From contig NIVC01000161.1 in assembly GCA_002269645.1 (NCBI GenBank), forward strand, positions 81,287 through 145,286: a stretch of DNA of 64,000 bases, written 5' to 3'. This document shows positions 43,039 to 54,900 of this stretch, piece after piece. The position numbers were made by a program, and so were the translations under genes. Source of the stretch: Macrostomum lignano. Its lineage: Eukaryota. Every line of letters begins with the position of its first letter. Positions within the stretch are counted from its first letter, which is position 1. A model generated the notes under the pieces. That model was not told the DNA's origin and searched no databases. It was given only the letters and a program-made list of their open reading frames with translations.

Positions 43039-46000
43039 TCACTCCTGCTGCTGCTCCGCCAGCCTCAGCAGGCCGCGCTCGCCGTCCAGATCGACAAAGT
43101 CGCCAGTCTTGAACAGCGAGGTCGCCTGCTTGGCCCCGACGATGCAGGGGATGCCGAACTCGCGGGCCACCACGGCTCCGTGCGACAGCAGGCCTCCCTT
43201 CTCCGTGGCGAGGCCGCTGATCAGTGGGAAGTAGGGCGTCCAGCCCACGTCGGTGTACGGCACGATCAGCACGTCGTCCTTCTCGATTTCGGCCGCGTCC
43301 TGCAGGTTGCGAATGACCCGAGCGCGCCCGGTCACCGAGCCGCGGCTCACCGGCATGCCGGCGACGCTCAGCTGCTCGCCGCTGCCGCGTCTGGCACCGG
43401 GAGGAGATCGCGGCCGCTCCTGCTCGGCGAGCAGGTCGAACCGGGGGTTGCCTTTGATCAGCTCGGGAAGCTGCAGGGCGTTCTGGCGCGGCAGAGCAGC
43501 GCGTCGCTTCAGGGCCTGTGCGAGGGACGGAATGGCGGAATTGCGGGCTGTGCTTACGCATGAAAACTTTTTAAGTATTTAATCTTTAAAAAAATCGTAT
43601 CGATTATTATACTTATCCTCAGACTTCAGACTTTTACTCAAACCTACCAGGTACAATAATTAATGAGTCTGCGTGTTTCTCGTGCTATTAATGTGCACAT
43701 TCAAGAAGCTGCTTGCTCACCTTCTTGATCAATGAAGAGGTGTCCTTGCGATCAACGAGCAGGCCGAGCTCCCGGTGAGTGAAGAAGTACACCAAGTCGG
43801 TGTCCGGCGCCAACTCTTCTTTAACCATTAGCTGGCCGAGGTGCTTGTAACCCTCCTTGATGGCGTCCACCATTCGAATGGAGATGGCCTTACCCCATTC
43901 GCGGCTTGCGACACCGCGTCTGGCCAACGGAATCAGCGCCTTGACGAGTCGCCTCGTCAGTGGGTTGCGCAGCTCCAACTGCTCCACGATCTCATCAATA
44001 GTCAGCGTCTCCTTGGCCTCGCGCCGCACCAGGCCAGCCGAAATGGTGGCCTGCATTATGGCCACGATTTTTTCTGGAGCGGCTCGCCAGGACACCTCAC
44101 GGAACTCGGCCTCCCGGATGCAGCGGAAGCCATGCCGGTTGATGAAGCTGCGAAAGCTCTCACCGGCCTTGCCGCTTTCGTACGACAGAAGCCAGTTGGC
44201 GGCATCCTTTGGCGACAAAGCCAGGAAGGCGCTGCAGTTCGGAGAGTTCGACAGATCGACGGCCAGGTTGTGCAGAGCGGTCGGCACATCGGCACTGTAG
44301 ACGTTTTCGCAGTTGGACAGGCACAGAGCCAGCTTGCTGAACGTCTGCTCATTCAAGCCGAATTGCTCGTTGAAGATGCTCACCAGCACCATGCTGTTGA
44401 CGGCGGACTTGCCCGTGTTGATGATGGTGTCGCACCAGCACTGAGCATAGTCCGGCATGCGAGAGTCCAGCTCCATGTACTGCTCCTTAGCTGTGTACTG
44501 CGGCATCACGTGGTAGCCGTCTTGGAACTTCTTTTCCCAGGCCTCTGTGAGCTTGGTCGACTGGTAGATGGTCAGAATGTCACAGACGGCGTTCCAAATC
44601 TTGTCTAGCAGGTTCGCCTCACCGTCCGTGTAGCGTCGTAGATCGTCGCGAGTTGGTTCGTCCAGCGTCCGACCGAGCAGCGCGATGCAGGCCATGTCGA
44701 ACTTGCCGAACAGCGACATGACCTCGGAGCCCAGGCCCAGCTCCATCATGTTTATTAGCAGGTGATTGGCGCTGCAGGCTAAGCCAGACATCGGCCTGCT
44801 GATCTCTGGGACAATGCCAGACTTGGTCGCCTTGTACTTTATCATGCTCCAGTCAACCGCTCGGCCAAACGTGCTCAGAGTCAGCGGTGTCATCGCACCG
44901 GGACTCATTTCGCCAATGTTGGCCGTTGTCAGCCAGCCCTCCTTGTAGCTGAACGAGCTGTCGAACTCGTGCATCACATCATCCAAAGTCTCTGGTCCCA
45001 TCGCAGTAACAGGGCGCACCTGGAGCAGGTGGATTGTGTCGTCGACCAGTGCAAATTCAACGTCGACGGCAGCTCCGTAGCGTTTCTCGAGCTCCTCGCC
45101 AAGCTCTGCCAGAGCCAGCACTCGCTTGTCGCTCAGGGAGCTGACCTTCTCATCACTGTGCCTGGTCTCCAGGCCGCCTGACTCGCCCACCTGCATGACT
45201 TCGGACTTCTCGCCCAGCTGGCGATCCTCAATGGTCTTGTAGCCGTCCGGAAATCGTCGAACGGTGAACGAGTCAGGCGTCACTAAGCCGGACACGACAC
45301 TCTCGCCGAGGCCGAAGTTCGCTTCAATCTTCATCAGGCTCGAGCAGCCGCTTATCGGATCCTGGCTGAAGAGAACTCCAGCCGCTGTGGCTGGGACCAT
45401 CCCCTGCACCACCACCGCCATGCTGGCATCGATGCCCTGGCCTACGCTGTGCCTGTACTGCACGGCCCGATGGCAAAAAAGCGACGCCCAGCACTCAACA
45501 ATTTTTACCGGCAGCTCGTCCCGATTCACGCCCAGGAACGTCTCCATCTGACCTGCGCTGGACGCGCTGGAGCCATCCTCGCTAACGCCGGACGAGCGCA
45601 CAGCGAACCGAATTTCGGATTCGCCGCTAAAAATCCGATCCAATGAATTCATCACTACCTCGGTCACAGAGGCTGGCAGAGTCGCCGAGGCGAAAGCTTT
45701 GATCAAGGATTTACAAGCAGGTTCCAGAGACCCGCCCTTTCCGGAGGTGGCAGCCGCTCGCAGCTCGTTAATGCCCTCCCACAACACGGTGTTGGCTTGG
45801 ATAAACTCTCGGTACGCATTAGTGGTCACTACGAACCCCTTCGGCACTCGGACGTCGCTTCTGCCGCTCTCATTAAAGATTTTAGAAGCCACAGCCAGCT
45901 GCGACCCTTTGCCGCCAGTCAGAGACCTCACACAGCAGTCTTGTTGGTCCAAGTCAACGACAAGGGTGTCTTCATTGCTCAGAGCACCCGGAACAATAGG

Positions 46001-47888
46001 CATTGGCAAGGAACCCTCCGGTGTACCTTCCAGAGGACTGTGATGCCAGTAGCAGTACTCCGTTATGCCCCATCCGCGAATGCCATTCACGGTGAATTCG
46101 GTGAACCTTTCGAATAGAACGCAACTGGCCGATTGCACGTACAGCGGGATGTTCTCACCGGCCCGAACCTCAACTTTGTAGTCCTTGCCGTTGGCAATCA
46201 GTCGCACCTGGTAGTTCTTCGGCGGCTCCGTTATTTCACCTTTCTCCCACAGGTTCAAGTCGTGGCCATCGATGGCGCACTTCTTGCCGTAGGGCAGGTA
46301 GATATAGCCGTACTTCACGTGCGTTGTCGTCTGTGGAATCGACACCGAGCCGAAGCTGAAGAAGCTCCCATTCTCCAGGTAGCCAAAGTGGGCCGCGTAG
46401 CGATAGTATTGACGCCAATTGCGCAGTCCTGCAACAAAATTGGCATACACGAACTGTCGTATATACGCTCGTAAGTTACTCATTAATTTTAAATCAAATT
46501 CTTAATTGAGCCATACCGTAGGAGTGGTCCCTATAAGCGCTCATATTGAGATCGTAGCGCTGAGTTCCAACTGTCATCTCTCCAGTCAGCATTCCCCACT
46601 GCTCCAGGTGGACTTGTTCCTCGTTTCGCTTCAGCTTGGCAAAGAATGCAGAGCTCCAGGGCTCGCGGGCGAGAAACTCGGCCACGATTTTCGGACTGAG
46701 ATCCGTCTTAGCGTCGAACGGATTGACGGAGGCGCGGAATTTTGCGCGCAGATTGACAGTCACGTAGTCATCCAGGTTGTGCGACGTGGCCTGCGGCTCC
46801 AGCTGGTCGGCGATGCCGCGCTTCATCAGGCCGTGGTAGCGCAGGCTCCAGTAGTTCATCGGCTCGTCGCAAGTAATAGTAAATCCGCCGGCGGAGAAGG
46901 TGTCCGGACTGCAGTTGGTCACGTGAGTATTGGGCTGCACCGGGTGCTCCAGGATGGTACCGTCCGGCATGCGCACCAGAAACCAGAGCTCGGCCACTCG
47001 GTCGGGCCGCCTGGCCATTCGGATAACTATGGCCGGCTTGTCCGATTCCAGCTCGCCTCCGTAGAAATAGACAGAATCGATGGACTGGGGGAACAAAGAA
47101 ATTACTCGAATGACAAGAACTATACCAAGATATCGGGTTTATGAACTGCTTTGCTTAGACTACGCGAGCTGCTTGATGAGATTTCGCCGATTAAAAAGAA
47201 CTAATTAGTAGAATAAGGTGGGTCTTTGGACTAGTTGCAACTGGAACCAGTTTTTGCTTTGTGTTAAAACCACATGCCACATGCCAAAAATGATACGCGA
47301 ATGTAGTTGGCAGACCTTACTTAGACCTTACTTGATAGCATTAGAGGAATTACGATTATATACCAAGTACCATTTGCTTATACCTGTACGATAGATTGAA
47401 CAAAGGGTGAACAAAATCTAGAGATTGTCTCGTAATGGAACCTCTGGAATTGGGCCCAGTTTTTTAGGTACTGAAACGTGCTGACTGGCGGTGACACCCT
47501 TAAGAGGCTTGCCAGGCACCCACACAAAATTAAAAAGCGCGTCATGTCGTCACCATGACATCCTGCCATTCGCGACAGAATGGGCGGATGTCTATCGTCA
47601 ACTTACATCCTTGTCGTTCTGGTCAAGCTGCTGCGGTTTCTCGGACTCTTCCCATTGCTGCAGGAGCTCGCGGTCCCAGACTCGAATCGGCTTTTGCCTC
47701 TGACGCCAAGCCCGCAACCAGAGCAGGCAGTACATGAGCCACTTCTTCAGGCTGAAGAACTCTCCTCCGATTGAATAGAAGCCGCAGTGCTTCAGCTTTG
47801 CTGTCTGGCGATTGCGCAAGTTCTTCCGAAGCAGGTGCGCCCCGCCGATGAGAATGAACAGGTAGAAGGTCAGGGTTGTGAGCCACAT
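43039..47888 (-). CDS. Membrane-anchored rifampin-phosphotransferase/PigC-type dikinase (PEP-synthase-like), 1344 aa
   Basis: Exons 47888-47607, 47084-46517, 46428-43721 and 43515-43039 (4035 nt, phases 0, 1, 0). Contains an N-terminal TM, a beta-rich domain (DSVYFYG...EQWG...RDHSYGLRNW), an ATP-grasp domain (GGKG...VPKGFVVT...AVRSS..SED.....AGQMETFLGV...DVEFA...LLQVRPVT) and a C-terminal phospho-His domain (TEKGGLLSHGAVVAREFGIPCIVG). Confidence 0.92.
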
Positions 47889-49394
47889 TCTGCCAACTGC
47901 GTCCTCTAGTAGCAAGAACAAAATGGAACTCAAATTTCTGCGTCAAAAAATTGAGCCCCTGGCACCACCTATTATACTATCGGGGTGTCTGGTTAAGTCA
48001 GTTACAGTCAAGTTTATGCTTGTGAGAAGGACTTTGCACTGTCGCCTTCTCGAAAGACTGGTCGAGTCAAAATCTTCATAGCCAAGAAAGTAGGGAGTCT
48101 GTTCTGCGATAAGATAAATCAAGCCGTCTCAGAGATTTTCTAGGCCTACAGAAGAAAGCGTCTTTCAGTCTATAGAAGAAAATTTTGGTCAGCTACTGAT
48201 AAGTTATCAAACAGTCAGTTGGTGGACTTGGCATAAGATTGACTGAGTAACCAGGTATCATTTCTTCAGGCAAACCGTGCATGAATAAAATTAACAATAC
48301 CTGCATGGGGAAACACAAGGCTTTAAATTGCTTTGCTATGTGAAAGTTGCAAATAAAACAGAAATTCCTCCTTTATATCACTTCATATGAAACCGTTTGT
48401 AACTAGAAAAGCGCTTAAACCGAACACAATTACAATCCAACTGCTCATTCTGCTCAAATCAAAACGACTCAGTCACAATCCAGCGTCACCTTATAGGGAG
48501 CGTACATGACACAAATTCACACCCAAGTTCCTCTATGATGAATGAAATAAAAATAGATGCAAAGTGACACAAAATGATAGTTCTCAACTGCTTCGGATTA
48601 AAAACTTAAATTATTGTGTTGTTTACTTCTTTCAAGGTCTGTGAAATATCTGCTGAAGGCAAGCAGATTTTACTACAAAGAAACTTTCAAATTATAAGCC
48701 GTCTGTCCATTCGGTCAATCGTTGCGTTGAGTGAGAATGTGAAATTTCTTCGGAGTGGTCGTGTTCCTGCTTATTGCTGCGGCTCAGAGGTTGGAATCAT
48801 CTTCGACTGAGCAGCACTCAGGCGGGTCCAGCCGCGAGAGCGTCTTCGACTATGAGCGTACGAAACCTTATTTGAGTAAATTTTAATTCGAGTGCTCAGC
48901 CGCTGCCATCATCTACTCCGTTGTGCAGCTGGTGCAGGCGTTCAACGCCAGCTTCTACCTGTTCTTCTACTTTTTCTTTTATAAAAAAGTACCACTATAG
49001 TACCACTGAAAACATCTAAAACTCTAAAAGTCTGAGCTTCGTCGTTTGCTTTTAGGCTTAAACAAACTGCACGAAATGACATCGTCTGAAAGCCGCAAGC
49101 TGAAAATTCTGATGAGGCTTTAGAATGACGCGGAGAGCGGTGCTAAAGTACTTCAGCTTCTCCGTAGGTTACGGGTCTCACAACTACCGGCTGAGGCTTC
49201 TCTAGTACAGTCTGGCTCCGCGACTCGCTGATTTCTAAAAAACTAATGAGCAGCAATTTACGACTCGAGATTCTGACAACCACATAAATCCGGGAAACTG
49301 CCAATGCTTACAAAGAAGCATTCTGTATGCTGCATGTATGTGTTTTGGCACCCATCCGAATTGCGAATACCATGAACTTCTCGGCGGCATTCAG

Positions 49395-49715
49395 TGGTAC
49401 CTAATGGCTGAGGATATCTGGAGAAATTTCTTCGGACTCTAACGTCGGCCTCACGGACTAGCTTGAAGATCGGGGGTTCGATTCCCAAAAACACTATAGA
49501 ACAATTTGTGTCCTTTATAAGCAAGACAGTTAACTCTGCATTGCTTCAGTTCACCCATCTGTAAAATTGGTATGTACTCGTACATGTACCAGCATTAGCT
49601 GGGGTAATTGAGGGTGTAATTGAGTCCATGGACTGAACAACCGTACAAGCTGAGCTGTCGGTTGCACACTTGGCCCAATTAAGGGCAGGTGTAATCAATT
49701 TTTATTAATTATTTA
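49395..49715 (+). mobile_element. tRNA-derived CORE-SINE-like element
   Basis: B-box GGTTCGATTCCC (49475-86) followed by GTGTCC...GCAAGACAGTTAACTCTGCATTGCTTCAGTTCACCCATCTGTAAAATTGG, resembling the MIR/CORE consensus; ends in a T/A-rich tail. Confidence 0.6.
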
Positions 49716-50924
49716 TCAAAGGAATTTAACTATGCTATCGGTAATGTTTTTACGCTCCGTTACAATCCCGATCTCTCAGTTGCAAAGAGATCCAGCTTTA
49801 AAAGTAGTTTATGGTTTATTTATGATGTATGAGTAAACCAATTAAAATTATGGTTTAGCCCCGAATTACACGAAGTAAACTAACCGGTTTCTTTTGCAAC
49901 TTTTTAGCCTCATTCTATTCGTTTTAACAATACCTTTACACCACTCTCGTTTTAGTATCTCGAAGAACTTTTACATGTACTGTAGGAAGACGCCTTTTAA
50001 TAATAGAAAAATTGATACGAAATGCATGTAAAGGCAACAAACTTTGATTGATTGAGCTTTGCTATTGGATGGGCGCTGAGGCCTTATAGTGCTGTACAGA
50101 TTTATGTAAGCTTAAATTAGACAGATTTCAGATATTCAATAGATTGCATTGTGTAATAAAACGCGTATTATTAATCCTTAAGCATTGAAGCATCAAGGTA
50201 ATTTTACTAACACTTAGTGCTATAGCGTGAGTTTTCAGCCAGCCAGACATGTTCAAGGTGGTCATACTGAAAAACTATTTAAACAACAGCAAAACTAGAC
50301 AGGAAGAACCGCAAAATGTAGAAATTTATTAATAGTTCAAGAACAGATTAGATTTTTATAACACGAACTGTACTGTCAGTAGTCTGTAAGGAACGTAGCA
50401 TTCATAATTTGTCTTCGTGGATGCAAGACTTAGAGAGACAGCAATAAAGGCATGAAAAAAGCAAAAGACATTCCAATCTTGCTACTTGATTGCAGTAGCA
50501 AGTCAAGCAAATCAATCCGGTCATTTGAGACAAATATACATCAGGTGGGATAGAGATTACTGCCGCATTGCAAGATTCAAATTAAAGAACTGCTGGCAAC
50601 AGCAGAAGCAACGCAAAACAGGCCCGCGCAGAATGCAGGTGAGTTACGAGTATTCTGTCAAGAAATTCTGTTGCTAGGGATTTTCAATCTGGCCTGGGAC
50701 TGCAACAGCGCAAAAAATTACAAGTCAAATCATGGCAGGCCCAGGGATAATTAATATAATATCGAGCAGGATTTAGGAATGATTAACATCAAAACTGACA
50801 GTTGACGGTTGAGGAGAGAAGCTGTGGGGTCAGACACTAGAGATTTTTTATGCGTTTCAGTATTCTCATTGGCTGATTTGCTAAAGCAACTCTCGGGTGA
50901 ATGTCTGCGAGTGTGAAAGATAAA

Positions 50925-51750
50925 TCTGAGGATCTGGGAGGCTGGCCCAGCATCTGAGGATCTGGGAGGCTGGCCCAGCAACTGAGGATCTGGGAGGCTG
51001 GCCCAGCTACTGAGGATCTGGGAGGCTGGCCCAGCTACTGAGGATCTGGAAGGCTGGCCCAGCTACTGAGGATCTGGGAGGCTGGCCCAGCTACTGAGGA
51101 TCTGGGAGGCTGGCCCAGCAACTGAGGATCTGGGAGGCTGGCCCAGCTACTGAGGATCTGGGAGGCTGGCCCAGCTACTGAGGATCTGGGAGGCTGGAAA
51201 ATTAGCTGAGCATCTGGGAGGCTGGCCCAAAAACTGAGTATCTGAAAAGGTGGCCCAGCAACTGAGGATCTGGGAGGCTGGCCCAGAAACTGAGTATCTG
51301 AGGTGGCCCAGCAACTAAGGATCTGGGAGGCTGGCCCAGAAACTGAGGATCTGGGAGGCTGGCCCAGCAACTGGGGATCTGGGAGGCTGGCCCAGAAACT
51401 GAGTATCTGAGGTGGCCCAGCAACTAAGGATCTGGGAGGCTGGCCCAAAAACTGAGGATCTGGGAGGCTGGCTCAGCAACTGAGGATCTGGGTGGCTGGC
51501 TCAGCAACTGAGGATCTGGGAGGCTGGCCCAGCAACTGAGGATCTGGGAGGCTGGCCTAGAAACTGAGGATCTGGGAGGCTGGCCCAGAAACTGAGTATC
51601 TGAGGTGGCCCAGCAACTAAGGATCTGGGAGGCTGGCCCAGAAACTGAGGATCTGGGAGGCTGGCCCAGCAACTGAGGATCTGGGTGGCTGGCTCAGCAA
51701 CTGAGGATCTGGGAGGCTGGCCCAGCAACTGAGGATCTGGGAGGCTGGCA
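50925..51750. repeat. 28-bp minisatellite (ACTGAGGATCTGGGAGGCTGGCCCAGCA)n
   Basis: Directly visible. Confidence 0.95.
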
Positions 51751-51924
51751 TAGCAGCCAAAGATGTGGGGGGGGGGCTGGCAAAAGAGATCGAGAAAATG
51801 AAAACTGAGAACCAATCTGTTTGACAGGTTAATCGCAAGAGTCAGGGAGGGTTCATAGTCCATATTCGAATGACGAGGTTGATTTCAAGCCTCAAGTGAA
51901 ACTGCCGTTTCCCACAGAGTCATT

Positions 51925-54900
51925 TCACAAGACGGTCTCCTCGTCGACTCCATTCTCAGCGCCAGTGTAGTGGCCATCCTCATCGGCCATAGAGGCCTCG
52001 CCAACGGCTCCGTCTGCGAAGCCGTCAGCATCATCGGTGGCGTCAGCGGCAGCCGACACCAGTCGGAGAGCTCCGCAATCGTGGCCACTGCTGCCAATTG
52101 AGTGGTTCGATTGCTCCGCGGCCTCGTCTGGCTCGAGATCGGTGAGTCGAAGGCGCTTCGCAGCTCCAGCTGGAATGCCCCAGTCGGCTGTGCTAGCTGG
52201 CAGCAGATCGGAGTCGTCTCTGAAGATGAGGATCATGAGTTGCCGCCCGTTTTAGTGTTACTACTACTGGCTGGGGGCGAGGCCCCTGTCGCAATCCGTT
52301 TTAGTAATATAACTTTGTTTTGGATGCATTGACCCCCATTTCGGTTGTATTGACTCCCACTTAGGCCGCATTGACCCGCATTTCGGTTGCATTGACCCCC
52401 ACTTCGGTTTCATTGACCCCCACTTCGGTTGCATTGACCCCCACTTCGGTTGCATTGACCCCCACTTCGGTTGCATTGACCCCCACTTCGGTTGCATTGA
52501 CCCCCACTTCGGTTGCATTGACCCCCACTTCGGTTGCATTGACCCCTACTTCGGTTGCATTGACCCCCACTTCGGTTGCATTGACCCCCACTTCGGTTGC
52601 ATTGACCCCCACTTCGGTTTCATTGACCCCCACTTCGGTTGCATTGACCCCCACTTCGGTTGCATTGACCCCCACTTCGGTTGCATTGACCCCCACTTCG
52701 GCTGCATTGAAAAAGTTCCATTGACCTAATTTCAATGGTTGACCACCAAACTTACACCTGCAATAACAATACCATGCAATTGTCTTCCAATTCAAACCAA
52801 AGCAAAGCAGCCAAGAATCCGCCGCACTTACCGAAGCTCTTCTTTGTACTGCATCGCCAGCTCCTCTTTGCCAAGAACGCTGCCGTCCTGCGAACGATAT
52901 GTTTATATTGCATATAGAAGCATAAATAGGTTTGGGCTTCATTAGCCAGAATAATTGTGTACGCAGAGCTACTAACAGTAGAAAAAGTAGAATGTTGCTG
53001 TTTATTTTTAGGGTCAAGTTGCTTACATCAGTAGCATCGGCGCTCCCAGGCGATCCAAATCCTGCCAGCTCCGCCTTCACGGACGCCCTGCGGTCAAGGA
53101 GGAATCGAATAGAAGGTTGGGGAGTTGTTTTTCGACTAAGGGGGTAAGAAGGGGTGGCCGTGTTGTTTGCGACCCAGCCCAGTTGTACTTTACACGCCCC
53201 AAAGCGACATTTCTTTACCTTGTTTTCTGGCCTGGGTTTCAACTCCCCCGCCGTCTCCCATCTTGCTCCTCTGTCCCCATCTTGTGGCTCGCTCTCTATA
53301 TCCCCACTCCTTTTTGCTCCTCTCATCCCCTTCCCGCCGCCCCCGTGTTTGTGTTTTCCCAGTCAACAACACGCCTCCCTTGGCCCTTATATCGCAGTAC
53401 AAGCGCATACTTTGCTGCTGCAAATGTGTACAGCACAGTGCCTTACTTAGTTTACCTACTTAGCTTGGCCCAGTGCGTTTGTGTCTATGTGTCGGCTGCG
53501 TTAGCTCAGACTTTTTAGCTGTTCGTGTTTCTTTTACTTCAGCTTAGTTGCCAAGCTGAGGAGTAGGGTAAAGTAGTGTAATAGACACACTGAAATACCG
53601 ACTGTAACTTAAAGTACAAAGTACATAAATAATATATACTCGCAAACAGCTCAAAGCAGTAGCCTACTCAGGGCGGGCTTAGGGTTCACAATAACCTCAT
53701 TCTATTACAGAAGCTTAAAAGTGTTAATCTCATGTATTGGAATGAATATCAAGCTGATTGGCTTGGCCTTGTACCACGGCTGACTCACAAAGTGCTTCCG
53801 ACTCCGACGCTGCCACCGCTGGCTCCTCGCTGCAGCCGGCGCCTGTAGAACTCCGCTTCGTCCACCGTCCAGACGGCGCCTTTGACGTTTTCGACTCGCA
53901 TAAAGCATTTGTGCAGAGATAGGTTGTGCCTGACCGCATTCTGTTGAGAAGCGTTTGTGGTGGGATTCGTTTGACTTCACAGTCTGGGTCCATCTTTTCT
54001 GGGAAGGCTCTTTTACTGGTCCCCTGCCTGTGGCTCCCCAACCCCATTTCGAGGAAGTATCGCCCTCGACTGCCGGCAATCCCGCGCGGCTCCCCCCTGT
54101 CCTTCCTCCGCCTAGTCTTTGTAGTCAGTCTAATCTTTGTTTCTTTCTCTCTATCTTAATGGTTCTCTGTAAAAATTTACGACACAGGAAAATGTCAACT
54201 TCTCCCCCTAAAAATAGCATTCGCAAATTGTTTGCTTGCCCAGAATTTTAGCATGAACTGACAGCAAACGACCATGGCTTCACTCTCTATTTACCTCGCC
54301 TCCAGGTTGGGTTTGCATACGGAATGGTTAAGATAAATATACACAACATTTACCGACCAGATCGATCCAATCATGCAACGCCAGCGCCAGCGCCACTCGC
54401 TGACGCACAAAGAAAACAAACACAAACTGGGGCTATCACAGGCCAGAGCCAGTTTCGTTGCATGTTCAATCAAACAAATTCTTCTGTCAACTGTCAAACT
54501 GGATCTACGAATTGATACAGCATAGAATTGATTAAATGAGAGTTTATCCCGTTTGGCTTGGGCTTGCTGAAACACTTTAGTTCCACGATCAAGCTTTAGC
54601 TTGAAGCACTGAACTCGCCTCTCGACTGACTGCCCGCCTTCCCCTTGCTTACTCCCCCCACACGAAAGCTCTCCTTGTTCCTCCTTTAGAAAACCGGAAC
54701 CCAGCGTTCCCCTGTGCGCAAGGGTTTGAATGTCTGGAGAATCAACAAAGCCGTCATTCCGCACTCCACCAGGCCGCGCGCTGGCAGAGTAAACAACCAA
54801 CACAAGGAGGACGGGGAGGGGATGCAGCCCTCTTTGCTGCCGATGCAGCCCTTTTCCTATCCCTTCTCCCTGCCGTGTGTTTCCTTCCCTTGGCTAAACT

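Noticed and set aside
43003-47144. Plus-strand ORFs antisense to the dikinase (and minus-strand ORFs in gag-pol)
   Set aside because: Shadow ORFs caused by GC3-rich codon bias.
43039-47888. Bacterial contamination or very recent HGT
   Set aside because: Three canonical GT-AG introns with consistent phases, host-like codon use and contiguous eukaryotic flanks.
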